Assembly (NCBI GenBank): GCA_963700145.1
Contig: OY969474.1
Coordinates: 4,576,001-4,640,000, forward strand
Direction of reading: 5' to 3'
Length of the DNA stretch: 64,000 bases
DNA from: an uncultured Acidobacteriota bacterium
GTDB lineage: Bacteria > Acidobacteriota > Thermoanaerobaculia > Multivoradales > UBA5704
Shown one piece after another: positions 9,307 through 19,058 of this stretch. Made by a program: the position numbers and the translations under genes. The first letter of the stretch is position 1; each line of letters opens with the position of its first letter. The notes beneath the pieces are model-generated. The model searched no databases and was not told the origin of the DNA. It saw nothing but the letters and a program-made list of their open reading frames with translations.

Positions 9307-10967
9307 CGGCCGGCGTCCAGGCACGAACAGCTTTCAGGTGGGAGGGACGGCTCGGCTTGCTCGGCGGGCGCCTCGAAGCTCACCTCTTCGCCGCGCCCGA
9401 ACCCCGCTGCCGCCAGACCGGAGACGGTGTGCAGCCCCGGTTCGAATTCGGCCGGGAGAGGGAGCCAGAGGGCGCTCCCCGACGCGGCGAGCGGGAAGAC
9501 CGGCGCGCCGTCGAGGGTGAGCCCGCGCCAAGCGAGCGATCCTGGGAAGCGGCCGCAGACGCAGATCACGTCGGCGGCGATGGCCGGCGGGAGGCCGGTG
9601 CGGTCGAGGCGCGGTTGCCCTTGCGCTTGCCTCGTCTCTCCTACCTGAATCTCTGCGGCCGCCTCGACGACCACCTCGCCGGTCGAGTCGGTGTAGGTCA
9701 CGACGAGCGGCGTCTCCGGTACGAGGTCGGCCGGCAGCTCCGCGGTCAGGAGAGTCGCCAGCAGCTCCGGCGGCGGCGGGGGCGGCAGCGGCTCGACGGC
9801 GGCGACCTCGAAGGCGAGGCTCGCGGACTCCGCGGCCGGCGCGACGGCGAGGAACGGTCCCGCGGGCTCGCCGCTCTCGCCGCCGGTCGAGGGCGCCACG
9901 GCAACGATGCGCGGCGGGAGGTCGGACATGTCGGCGGCGGCGACCTCGTAGAGCCGCACCCCCTCCTCGCCGGGCCCGACGTCGGCGAGCAGCTCGCCGC
10001 CGTCGCGCCGTGCGACGGTGAAGACCTCGGCCTCGCCGGCCAGACCGAACGGCTCGGGATCGGCGACAGTGACCGCGTAGGCAGCCGCGGACCCGCGCTC
10101 GGGCGCCGCCGGCTCCGCCATGCCGATCTCCGCCTCCAGCGGCGGCGGCTCCTCGACCGGTTCCGCCCCCTCCGCGCCCTCCTCCCCCTCGACCGGCAGC
10201 TCCTCGACCGTGAACTCCTCCTCTTCGATCTCGGCGCTGAGGTCGAGGTCGGCGGCCGACAGCGACCGCACCAGGTAGCGGGCGCGGCGCCGCGCCGGCT
10301 CCTCGACCGCCAGCGCCGCGGCCAGCCGCGCCAGCTCGGCCCGCCCGGGGTGCGCCGCCGCGGTCTCTACCAGCTCTAGCTCCACCCGCCGCGCCCGCGT
10401 CGGGTCCCAGGTCGAGACCCGCGGGTCGAACGGCACGGCGTCCGCACCGCCGATCGTCCAGCGCCCCTCCGGCGGCGTCCGCTCCGGGTCGAGCACCTGG
10501 ACGAGAACCGTCTCGCCGGGCGCCGCCGCCGGCGGCAGGCGGAGCAGCCCTTCAAGGCTCGCCGCCGGGCGCGGCGCGGGTCCCACCGGCAGGTCGTCGG
10601 CGTAGAAGACCGGCCGGTCGTCGCTGCGCACCTCGACCGCCACCTCCCGCGGCGGCTTCCCTTCCGCCAGCTCCAGCCGGAAGCGCGCCGGCGGCGGCGT
10701 GGCCGGGCCGCGCAGGGTGAGCGAGCCGGCCTCGCGGCTCAGGTACCAGCCGGAGGGGAAGGCGGCGGCGTGGAGGCGCTCGGCCAGCCGCGCCGACACG
10801 ATGAGCCGCAGCTCGTCGATCGCCGGGCCGTCCTTCCAGAGGAGGGTGAGCGCCCGCGCACCGGGGTCGAAGGCGGCGGTCAGCGTGCCGCTCCCCTGCG
10901 CCCGCGCCGCGGGCGCGGCGAGGGCCAGCGCCAAAGAGGCGGCGAGGAAGCGACCGGGACGTGACAT
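9303..10967 (-). CDS. Hypothetical secreted protein with acidic central region
   Basis: Signal-peptide-like MSRPGRFLAASLALALAAPAARA. Glu-rich segment. Stop overlaps the halogenase start (ATGA). Confidence 0.65.
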   Translation of the reverse strand: MSRPGRFLAASLALALAAPAARAQGSGTLTAAFDPGARALTLLWKDGPAIDELRLIVSARLAERLHAAAFPSGWYLSREAGSLTLRGPATPPPARFRLELAEGKPPREVAVEVRSDDRPVFYADDLPVGPAPRPAASLEGLLRLPPAAAPGETVLVQVLDPERTPPEGRWTIGGADAVPFDPRVSTWDPTRARRVELELVETAAAHPGRAELARLAAALAVEEPARRRARYLVRSLSAADLDLSAEIEEEEFTVEELPVEGEEGAEGAEPVEEPPPLEAEIGMAEPAAPERGSAAAYAVTVADPEPFGLAGEAEVFTVARRDGGELLADVGPGEEGVRLYEVAAADMSDLPPRIVAVAPSTGGESGEPAGPFLAVAPAAESASLAFEVAAVEPLPPPPPPELLATLLTAELPADLVPETPLVVTYTDSTGEVVVEAAAEIQVGETRQAQGQPRLDRTGLPPAIAADVICVCGRFPGSLAWRGLTLDGAPVFPLAASGSALWLPLPAEFEPGLHTVSGLAAAGFGRGEEVSFEAPAEQAEPSLPPESCSCLDAGR

Positions 10968-11030
10968 CGGACCGCGTAGGTTAACGCACCCTCCTTGCAA
11001 ACCGCCGCCGGCTCTGCGAGGTTCCGCGCG

Positions 11031-11843
11031 ATGGCGACCTGGGTGATCGGCGACGTCCACGGCTGCTTCGCCACCCTCTCGCGCCTCCTCGACCGCATCC
11101 GCTACGAGCGCCGGCGCGACCGCCTCTGGATGGTCGGGGACCTGGTCAACCGCGGCCCGCGCTCGCTCGAGGTGCTGCGCTGGGCCGCCGGCCTCGGCGA
11201 CAAGCTGGTCACCGTCCTCGGCAACCACGACCTCCACCTCCTGGCGCGCGCCCGCGGTTTGGTGGAGCCGCGGCGACGCGACACCCTCGACGAGGTGCTC
11301 GCGGCGCGCGACGGCGACGACCTCTTGGCCTGGCTCCTCGCCCGGCCGCTCTTCCATCGCGACGGCGACTGGACGCTGGTCCACGCCGGCCTCTTCCCGG
11401 CCTGGACCCTCTCCCAGGCCGAGCGGCTGGCGCGCGACACCGAGGCGGTGCTCCAGGGGAAGAACGGCGACGCGCTCCTCCGCGCCGACCGCAAGGTCGC
11501 GGAGCGCTGGGACGAAGGGCTCGGCGGCATCGCCCGCGCCCGCGCCGCGCTCGCCGGCTTCGCCCGCCTGCGCACGCTGATGTCGAACGGGCGGATGTGC
11601 CCCGACTTCAGCGGCACCCCGGACGAGGCGCCGGACGGCTGCGCGCCCTGGTTCGAGCGCCCGCGCCGCAGCGCCGGCCGCGGCAACACCGTCATCTTCG
11701 GTCACTGGGCCGCGCTCGGCCTCTACCGCCAGGACGGCGTCGTCTGCCTCGACAGCGGCGCCGCCTGGGGCCGCGCCCTCTCCGCCATCCGCCTCGACGA
11801 CGGCGCCATCGTGCCAGCAGCAGACGGTGGACTGACGCGCTAG
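11031..11843 (+). CDS. apaH: Symmetrical bis(5'-nucleosyl)-tetraphosphatase ApaH
   Basis: [40 protein letters not shown]. True stop may be TGA at 11833-11835 if one base is extra. Confidence 0.93.
   Translation: MATWVIGDVHGCFATLSRLLDRIRYERRRDRLWMVGDLVNRGPRSLEVLRWAAGLGDKLVTVLGNHDLHLLARARGLVEPRRRDTLDEVLAARDGDDLLAWLLARPLFHRDGDWTLVHAGLFPAWTLSQAERLARDTEAVLQGKNGDALLRADRKVAERWDEGLGGIARARAALAGFARLRTLMSNGRMCPDFSGTPDEAPDGCAPWFERPRRSAGRGNTVIFGHWAALGLYRQDGVVCLDSGAAWGRALSAIRLDDGAIVPAADGGLTR
11596..11833 (+). repeat. Direct repeat copy 1: 3' end of apaH
   Basis: TGTGCCCCGACTTCAG...CAGCAGACGGTGGACT, matching 16001-16236 with scattered substitutions. Confidence 0.95.
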
Positions 11844-11859
11844 GACGCGGGGAGCAGGC

Positions 11860-12725
11860 GCGCGGGGTAGTGGCGCACGCTCTGGCCGAGGAAGAAGGCC
11901 GGCGAGCGGTCGATGTGCAGCGTCAGCGGGTCGGGGAGCGTGACGATCGCACGCTGGCGGGCGAACGCTTCGGCCTTGGCCACCAGGTCGCGGTAGTCGG
12001 CGATGAACTCCTCGACGCTCTTCGCCCGATCTTCAGCCGCGCGAGCGAAGAGGCGGGCGAGGAGGGCGGCGTCGTCGCGCGGCGGCGCCTCGCCGGGGAG
12101 GAGTTGCGGCCACCTGGCGGCCGTAGGCGGCGGCCTCGGCGCGCTTGGCGCGGAGCGCCGCCTCGGCCTCGCGCAGCAGCTCGTCCGGGGGCGTCGCGAC
12201 GCCGGTGCCGAGGCGAAGGTCGCCGCGTAGTCGCCCCCCAGGCGCGGCGAGCCGGTGGCGCGGGCCGCCAGGTCGTCGAGGGACTGGGCCCAGGCGTCGA
12301 GCCCCAGGCTGGCGGCGGTCGCGGCGACGCGCTGCCGCCGCGCCAGCGGCGCGGCCTGCCCGGCGGCGAGCGACGCGAAGCCCTCGCGGTAGAAGGCGGC
12401 GCTGGCGCGCGCCTGGGCGGCGGCGAGCCGGCAGTGCTCGGGCGCGATCTCCGCCAAGGCGGTGCCGGCGAGCGCCAGCCGCGCCTGCATCGAGAGCCGC
12501 GGCAGGTGCGTCGCGCGCGCCGCCGTCCGCTCCAGGCGCTCCGCTTCCGGCAAGTCGTCGCGCACCAGCAGGAAGACTGTGATGTTGCCGGCCAGGCCGG
12601 TCCACCAGAGCGGATCGCGTTGCGGGCGGCGGCGTACCGCCAGCTCGTGCACCTCGCGCTCGGCCTGCGCCAGCAGGAGCTCGGCGTCGAGCTGGTCGTC
12701 GAGCGCCAGGCCCAATGGGTCACAG
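11860..12725 (-). pseudogene. Truncated, frameshifted internal fragment of a DUF885-like protein
   Basis: Helical segments ...LDAELLLAQAEREVHEL...RDPLWW...ATGSPRLG...EAFARQRAIVTLPDPLTLHIDRSPAFF. No credible start, and the similarity ends abruptly. Confidence 0.55.
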
Positions 12726-12789
12726 TCTCCTCGCGCCGAGCCTATGGCAGCCTTGACCGTTCGTTCCCTTGACCGTCGTCGGTGGAGCC

Positions 12790-13200
12790 TCAGCGGATCG
12801 CTGCTAGCAGCGCGGCGACGCCGCCTTCCCAATCCGCAACCAGATCAGCGTACTTGAGGTCGGCGAGAATCGCCGGAGCCTCTCCCCCGCTCAGGCGGCA
12901 GGGCAGCACCCGCACCCCCTTCGCCTCGAGCTGGCGCGCAAGCGCCGACATCCACTCGCGACCCATCCATGGCGCACTCACGCCCGCAGCGGAATAGCAC
13001 ACCACCACATAGTCCGCCTCCGCCAGACCCTCGTCGATGCGGCCGACGATGGAATCACCCATATCGATTCGCCAGCTGTCAAGCCAGACTCTATGGCCTG
13101 CATCGCGCAGCTGGTTCGCTAACCGTTCCGCGAGTTCCTTGTCCGCCCCGCGGTGGGAGACGAAGACCCTAGCCAAGCCCGGTCCCGTATTCCGGCGCAT
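12790..13200 (-). CDS. Stand-alone TIR domain protein
   Basis: VFVSHRGADK...VWLDSWRIDMGDSIVGRIDEGL...PWMGRE (catalytic Glu)...VLP...LADLKYADL. Start overlaps the upstream stop (TGATG). Confidence 0.92.
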   Translation of the reverse strand: MRRNTGPGLARVFVSHRGADKELAERLANQLRDAGHRVWLDSWRIDMGDSIVGRIDEGLAEADYVVVCYSAAGVSAPWMGREWMSALARQLEAKGVRVLPCRLSGGEAPAILADLKYADLVADWEGGVAALLAAIR

Positions 13201-15647
13201 CACACTTGTGCGCCGCCGCGGCGCAAGGCGTCGAGCGCGGCGTGAAGGAAGGTTGGATCATCTACTCTCACCTGAGACAGCTTCAGCCCGGCAAAACGGA
13301 CGGTCGTCTGGAACACCCTCTCTACCCTGCCAAAATTGGCGTCGCCATCGCTCGTGTTCGTCAGCTTGATGAGCGCGTCATCGCCGGCACTCGCCAGCAG
13401 GCCACCGTCGGCACTGAACTGCAGCGCCGAGACGCCACCCTCGTGGAGCTTGAGCCGCATCCGCTCCTGCAGGCCGACCCGGTCCCACAGCTTCACGACG
13501 CCGGTCTGGTCCCCACTCGCCAACAGGTCCCGCGCGCCATCGATGGCGAGCGACAGGACGCTGACATCGTGACCATGAACGCTGGCGATGGGCTTACTGT
13601 CCGCGGTCTCCGCGCTCCATGCGCACAGAAAGCCATGATCGGTTCCACCCACCAGCGCCGAGTCGTCACCGGCAAAGATGATGTCTCGCACTTCAAAACC
13701 CACGTCCTTCGGTTCGAAGATGCCCACGAGGTCCCGGCGCTTGACGTCCCACACTTTGACGACACCTTCACCTGTCCCGCCGGCACTTGCCAACAGCGAG
13801 CTTCGGTTGGCAAAACGCACCTGCCAGATGGTGTCGTGGTGACCCTTGCCGTAGTTGTTGTTTTCCGCCATGTTGGCGACTTCGAGGCGGTTGCCCGCCA
13901 AGTCGAGAACCCCGAGCACTCCACCGTAGGAGCCGAAGGCGAGCAGACTCTCGCGCGCTGACGCCGCCAGGCAGGTGATCGAGGTGGGGTGCTTCTTGCG
14001 GAGAAAGTGATAGACCATGTCGACAGCTTCGTCCTGGCCCACGCAGTAGCTGTGGGGCATGACCCACCACAGATGGGCCTTGTCCCAGGCCAAAGTGCTC
14101 CAGTCCAGCAGCAGCTCGGGCAACGTTTGTCGGTCGGACGGCTCGACCGCAGCCGACCGTATGGTGCCGTCCCCGGACGAACTGAGAACCCGTTGCGTGC
14201 GGGGGTCCCAGAGCAGCGCGGAAACCCATCGCGAGTGCCCTGCGGCCACGATCTGGTCCGTGCCGTCGGCGACGGAGAAGCAGCGCACCGAACCGTCTCG
14301 GCCGCCAGCCAGGAGCCGACGGCCGTCGTTGGTGAAGCATAGCGAGCTGTACCTGACGGGCAGGATGCCGTTGACGTCGGTGATGTCCGCCTCGGCCCAG
14401 TCGGCGCCTTCGAGATTGCAGCCGGTGAAGGTAGCGTGGCGCAACCGCGACCGACGGAAGCTGCAGCGGGCGAGATTGGTCGACGAGAAGTCGGCATGGG
14501 AGAGGTCGAGGCGGGAAAAGTCGCGTCCCTCGAAGCCGGTGCTGTCGACGAGGCGGAGAAGGGCCACGATGTTGGCTCCGCCGTAGGCGTTTGCGCCCCT
14601 ATGTGATTGTCTGTCCAGCGCTGCGTACAGCCGGCGGGAGTCGGTGCGGCTGAGCTCGTGGATCATCCTGAGTAGCGGCACGCTGAAGAGTCGGCGATCG
14701 AGTTCATCCTGCGACGATGCCGCAATCTCTGCACGGGCGGTCGCGGGCAGGCGCCCGGCCAGCTCATCGCGGAGGATCTCCAGATGGAGGCATACTTTGG
14801 CGGCCATCGCAAGGTCGATCGCCGCTTGGTGCGAGAACCTAACGTCACGCCTGGGGCCCTGGCCGAAAAAGGCATGACGTCGAGTCCCAGGGTTTTCCAG
14901 TGCGAGGCGCTCCCAATCGAACGCGGATCGCAGACCAGCATCCACGAATCGCTGCGGAATCGAGTAGACACCGGCCTCCGGCTCCCCGAAGCGACTGCCG
15001 GCGAAGTCGAGCAGGAACGTGAACTGCTCCCACTTCGTCAGCGACGTGATGCCTGCCGCCAAGTTGTCCTCGAACCAGGACTCCATGCCTCCCCAAAGCA
15101 ACGTCGCGTAGCTCGCCTCGGCGACAGGGACCAAACGCTTGCGAATGGCCGCCATCGCATTGTCATAGAAGAACTCAGGCAGCATGTGCCCCAGCTCCTG
15201 GGCACGGCGTACCACGTGCGCCGCCTCTTCTTGGAGAGCCGCCTCGGGATAGATCCTCGCCAGCAGCGCCTCGAATCCGGTTTCGTACGACGAGAAGTCG
15301 GCGTACACCAGGTCCTGAAGCGAATCCGGTAGTGGAGAGTCGTCAACGACCACCGGCAAGACCTGGCTCTTGCCGCCGGAAATGGAGCGATGCAGCGCTA
15401 GACTCAGCTCCTTCTTAACCCACTTGGAGGCAGCCGAGCTCTTGGAAATCACGGCGATGACGTAGTCGGCCTGGCTGAGCCCCTCGCCGATTCGCTCGAT
15501 CAGCGAGTCGCCGACTTTGATCTCCCAGAAGTCAACCCAGACGCCCAGGTTCAGCCGTCGCAGATCGTCCGCGAGACGACCGACAAAGGGCCGATCGATT
15601 TGGGTGTAACTGATGAAGATCTGTGGCAGGGCAGCCACCTTAGGCAT
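13200..15647 (-). CDS. TIR - NACHT-like helical remnant - pentapeptide repeat - WD40 protein
   Basis: N-terminal TIR (IFISYT...WVKKE), pentapeptide repeats (DFSRLDLSHADFSSTNLARCSF...), WD40 repeats (GHSRWV, GHHDTIW...KVWD, GHDVSV...KLWD). Visibly more AT-rich than its flanks. Confidence 0.9.
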   Translation of the reverse strand: MPKVAALPQIFISYTQIDRPFVGRLADDLRRLNLGVWVDFWEIKVGDSLIERIGEGLSQADYVIAVISKSSAASKWVKKELSLALHRSISGGKSQVLPVVVDDSPLPDSLQDLVYADFSSYETGFEALLARIYPEAALQEEAAHVVRRAQELGHMLPEFFYDNAMAAIRKRLVPVAEASYATLLWGGMESWFEDNLAAGITSLTKWEQFTFLLDFAGSRFGEPEAGVYSIPQRFVDAGLRSAFDWERLALENPGTRRHAFFGQGPRRDVRFSHQAAIDLAMAAKVCLHLEILRDELAGRLPATARAEIAASSQDELDRRLFSVPLLRMIHELSRTDSRRLYAALDRQSHRGANAYGGANIVALLRLVDSTGFEGRDFSRLDLSHADFSSTNLARCSFRRSRLRHATFTGCNLEGADWAEADITDVNGILPVRYSSLCFTNDGRRLLAGGRDGSVRCFSVADGTDQIVAAGHSRWVSALLWDPRTQRVLSSSGDGTIRSAAVEPSDRQTLPELLLDWSTLAWDKAHLWWVMPHSYCVGQDEAVDMVYHFLRKKHPTSITCLAASARESLLAFGSYGGVLGVLDLAGNRLEVANMAENNNYGKGHHDTIWQVRFANRSSLLASAGGTGEGVVKVWDVKRRDLVGIFEPKDVGFEVRDIIFAGDDSALVGGTDHGFLCAWSAETADSKPIASVHGHDVSVLSLAIDGARDLLASGDQTGVVKLWDRVGLQERMRLKLHEGGVSALQFSADGGLLASAGDDALIKLTNTSDGDANFGRVERVFQTTVRFAGLKLSQVRVDDPTFLHAALDALRRGGAQV

Positions 15648-15824
15648 GGTACACCCAGACGGCCAGGGCAGCGGGTCACGCCGCGCGGACCAGCCTTTCG
15701 CCGAGTGTGAGGCAGAGCGGAGGATAGGGGATTGCTTCTCGGTCAGCGAGGATAGCCCGGCCGAGCCCCTCTCCTGGAGGGGTCATAGACCCCGGGGAAA
15801 CAGAGGAATGGGGGTGGCCGAGGT

Positions 15825-15876
15825 GCTGGCGAGGGCTGCGAGGGCCGGGGGCTGGCGAGGACTGCGAGGGCCGGGG
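15825..15876 (+). repeat. 26-bp tandem duplication in the G-rich intergenic part of the island
   Basis: GCTGGCGAGGGCTGCGAGGGCCGGGG followed by GCTGGCGAGGACTGCGAGGGCCGGGG. Confidence 0.8.
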
Positions 15877-16000
15877 CGAAGCCAGCTGAGAGGCGAGAGG
15901 CGGGTGGAGTGGGGCGGCCAGGGGGCAAGATGCGAACCTCCGCCATGACCCGGCACGGAGCTGAGGGCGGGGATATCAGGAGGCAGCGCGAGCTGGGGCG

Positions 16001-16238
16001 TGTGCCCCGACTTCAGGGCACGCCCGACGAGGCGCCGGACGGCTGCGCCCCCTGGTTCGAGCGGCCGCGCCGGAGCGCCGGCCGCGGCAACACCATCGTC
16101 TTCGGTCACTGGGCCTCGCTCGGCCTCTACCGCCAGGACGGCGTGGTCTGCCTCGACAGCGGCGCCGCCTGGGGGCGTGCCCTCTCCGCCATCCGTCTCG
16201 ACGACGGCGCCCTGGTCCAGCAGCAGACGGTGGACTAG
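16001..16238 (+). pseudogene. Direct repeat copy 2: orphan 3' fragment of apaH
   Basis: Encodes [53 protein letters not shown]...VQQQTVD* with no upstream apaH sequence. Confidence 0.92.
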
Positions 16239-16248
16239 CATTCGGCCC

Positions 16249-16812
16249 GTGCCCAGGATCACCAAGGTCTACACCCGCACCGGCGACGACGGCACCACCG
16301 CGCTCGGCGGCGGCCAGCGGGTGCCGAAGGACGCGGTGCGGATCGCCGCTTACGGCACGGTGGACGAGCTGTCGTCGCAGATCGGGGTGGCGCTGGCGGT
16401 CGGCGTGGCCGAGGAGCTGGCGGCGCCGCTCGGCCGCATCCAAAACGAGCTCTTCCACCTGGGCTCCGACCTCTGCGTGCTGGAGGAGGACAAGGCGCGG
16501 ATGCCGGTGCCGGTCGTCGAGGAGCGGCACGTCGCCGCGCTGGAGGAGCTGATGGACCGCCTCTCCGAAGAGCTGCCGCCGCTCGCCAACTTCATCCTGC
16601 CGGGCGGCGCGCCGGGCGCCGCGCAGCTGCACGTCGCCCGCACCGTCTGCCGGCGCGCCGAGCGGCTCCTCGTCACACTGGCGCGCGAGGAGCCGGTCGG
16701 TGCCTGGGCGGTGCGCTACCTCAACCGCCTCTCCGACGCCCTGTTCGTGATGGCGCGCTTCGAGAACCTGCGGCGCGGCGTCCCCGAGCCGCTCTGGGAC
16801 AGCCGCGCCTAG
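16249..16812 (+). CDS. pduO: ATP:cob(I)alamin adenosyltransferase, PduO type
   Basis: [46 protein letters not shown]. Confidence 0.93.
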   Translation: MPRITKVYTRTGDDGTTALGGGQRVPKDAVRIAAYGTVDELSSQIGVALAVGVAEELAAPLGRIQNELFHLGSDLCVLEEDKARMPVPVVEERHVAALEELMDRLSEELPPLANFILPGGAPGAAQLHVARTVCRRAERLLVTLAREEPVGAWAVRYLNRLSDALFVMARFENLRRGVPEPLWDSRA

Positions 16813-16827
16813 CCCGCGACGCCGGCG

Positions 16828-17740
16828 TCAGCGCCGGTCGATCTCGCCCACCCGCACGCTCGGCCCCGCGCCGCAGCGCGAGCCGCCCTCGAAGGCCCCG
16901 ATGACGTGCACGGAGTCGCCGCGGCCGAAGCCGCGCAGGTTGCCGGCGAGCTCGTAGGTGCGGCCGTCGTCGCCGCGCAGCACCGGGCAGCCGCCGGCGG
17001 TGGTGATCCGCCCGCGCAGGTTGACCAGTTCGCCGCGGTCGGCGCGCCAGCGGTCGTCGAGACGGTCGCCGCCGAGGATGCGGTCCAGCCGGTCGCGCCG
17101 CTCCCAGTCGCCGTCCCGATCGTCGTCCCAGCGGTCGTCCGCCCAGCGGCCGTCGCGGTCGAGGTCGCGGAGCTGGTGGATCTGCAGGGTCGTCCCCTGG
17201 CGGCAGACGGAGCTCTGGACCACGCGCCCCTGGATCCAGACGTCGTCGCCCGGACGGAGCCGCAGCGCCGGGTCGCCGACCAGGGTGTAGAGGCGGCCGT
17301 CGTCGCCGCGCACCGCGGCACAGCGGATCCCCTCGGCCGTCACCTCGCCCTGGACGTGGACGATGCCGCGGCCTGGGCGATCGGCGAGGTTGCCGCTCCG
17401 CGGCCAGCGCTGGCGCTGGTTCAAGGCCCGGCGCCGCTCGGCCTCCCGCCGGTCCCACGCGGTGTCGATTCGGCGCTGCCGCTCCAGCCCCTGCTGGCGC
17501 TCGAAGCGGCTGCCGCTGGGCGTCCACCCGCTGCTCCTGCTTCTTGTGCTTCTTCTCCTTCTTCGCCTTCTGCTTGCCGTGCGCCTTGCCCTTGCCATTC
17601 CCCTTGCCGCCCCCCTTGTCGTGCTGGACGTAGGAGGCCGCGTCGGGGCTCGGGGCGGCGTAGGCGGCGGCGGGGACCATCAGGGCGAGGGCGAGCCCGC
17701 AAGCCGGGATCAGCCTCGCCGCGCGTCGGAACCTGGTCAT
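16828..17740 (-). CDS. Secreted protein with Lys-rich linker and two DUF5818-like beta domains, frameshift near 17520
   Basis: Signal peptide, KGGGKGNGKGKAHGK stretch, two repeats of C..(V/L)RGDDGR.Y.L.G......GD.V...G......C..G. Confidence 0.7.
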
Positions 17741-17929
17741 GACCTCTACTCCTTTCCCGGCGGTGCTCGACCCGCCGGCAGGGAGGGGTAGGGCAAGATG
17801 GCTGCCACAGGGCCTAAACGGAGTGAAACCAGCGCGTTGCACCGTTCCTCCGGCGCCGGGATCGGGCCGGAATCGTCCTCTCTCGGGGACGCCGGCGGAC
17901 CCCTCGCCTGATAGCCTCCGCGACCGCCC

Positions 17930-18583
17930 ATGACCCCGCCCGCCGCCCTCCTCTTCGACCTCGACGGCACGCTCATCGACTCCCGCCGCGACCTCGCAGA
18001 GGCGGTCAACCGCACGCGCCAGGAGCTGGGGCTCGCGCCGCTGGCGCTCGCCGAGATCGTCGGCATGGTGGGGGAGGGGGCGCGGCGGCTGGTCGAGAAG
18101 GCGCTCGGCACGGACGTGCCGCCCGAGCGATTCGAGGAAGTCTTTCGCCGCTACCTGGAGCACTACCGCGCCGTGCTGCTCGACACGACGCGTGCCTACG
18201 ACGGCATGCCCGAAGCACTGGCGCGGCTCGCGGCGCGCTACCCGCTGGCGGTCCTCACCAACAAGCCCGAGGACCTCTCGCGCGCGGTGCTGGCGGGATT
18301 GGGCCTCCTCGAGCACTTCGCGGAGGTGCTGGGCGGGGACAGCCTGCCGAGCCGCAAGCCAGACCCCGCGGGCCTCCTGCTCCTCGCCGAGCGGCTGGGC
18401 GTGCCGCCGGAACACACCCTCCTGATCGGTGACAGCGCCATCGACGCCGCCACCGCCCGCGCCGCCGGCTGCCGCTTCGCCCTCGTCACCTGGGGTTTCT
18501 CCGCTCCAGCTCACCTCGAAGGCGTGCCGGCGGAAGGGCGCTACGCCACGCCCGCCGACCTGGCCGCGGCGCTCCTGCGCTAG
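17930..18583 (+). CDS. gph: HAD phosphatase, phosphoglycolate phosphatase-like
   Basis: FDLDGTLIDS, LTNKP, RKPDP, IGDSAID. Confidence 0.85.
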   Translation: MTPPAALLFDLDGTLIDSRRDLAEAVNRTRQELGLAPLALAEIVGMVGEGARRLVEKALGTDVPPERFEEVFRRYLEHYRAVLLDTTRAYDGMPEALARLAARYPLAVLTNKPEDLSRAVLAGLGLLEHFAEVLGGDSLPSRKPDPAGLLLLAERLGVPPEHTLLIGDSAIDAATARAAGCRFALVTWGFSAPAHLEGVPAEGRYATPADLAAALLR

Positions 18584-19053
18584 GGCGTCACCACCCCCGC
18601 CGCGTCGACGCTGAAGGCGAGGCCCGGCTCGGGGCCGTTGCCGGGGGTGGACACCATGGCAGTCAGCCGGACGCCGTTGGCGAAAATGTTCTCGGTGGTA
18701 GCGCCGTTGGGGTCGGTGTCGCAGGTATTGGGGTCGTTGATGCGGAAGCTGTGGCGCCCCACCGGGACGTCGGTGAGGGTGAGCGTGTACTCCGCCGCGC
18801 CGTTGGCCATCAGCGCGACGAGGGCGAAGTTGCGCCAGCTCGGGTGCATGTGGGTGACGCCCACCGCCTGGAAGCAGCCCGGGAAGCGCGCCTGCACCTG
18901 CGGATCGGGCGCCGTCGAGGCGCGGTAGACGAACGCCACGGTGACCGTTTGCGACGGGCCGGGATCGGTCGGGCCCGAGCCGTCACTCCCGCCGCAGCCG
19001 GCGAGCAGGGCCGCCCACGCCAGGACGACGGTCGATGCTCGCGGACGGCTCAT
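18580..19053 (-). CDS. Hypothetical lipoprotein
   Basis: Lipobox LLAGC after a hydrophobic N-terminus; beta-rich mature domain with two further Cys. Confidence 0.7.
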   Translation of the reverse strand: MSRPRASTVVLAWAALLAGCGGSDGSGPTDPGPSQTVTVAFVYRASTAPDPQVQARFPGCFQAVGVTHMHPSWRNFALVALMANGAAEYTLTLTDVPVGRHSFRINDPNTCDTDPNGATTENIFANGVRLTAMVSTPGNGPEPGLAFSVDAAGVVTP

Positions 19054-19058
19054 GAACC

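Noticed and set aside
17780-17835. GCCACAGGGCCTAAAC resembling the c-di-GMP-I riboswitch P2 stem
   Set aside because: The GAAA-tetraloop stem and GCAAA junction are missing, and the orientation does not fit the adjacent gene well.
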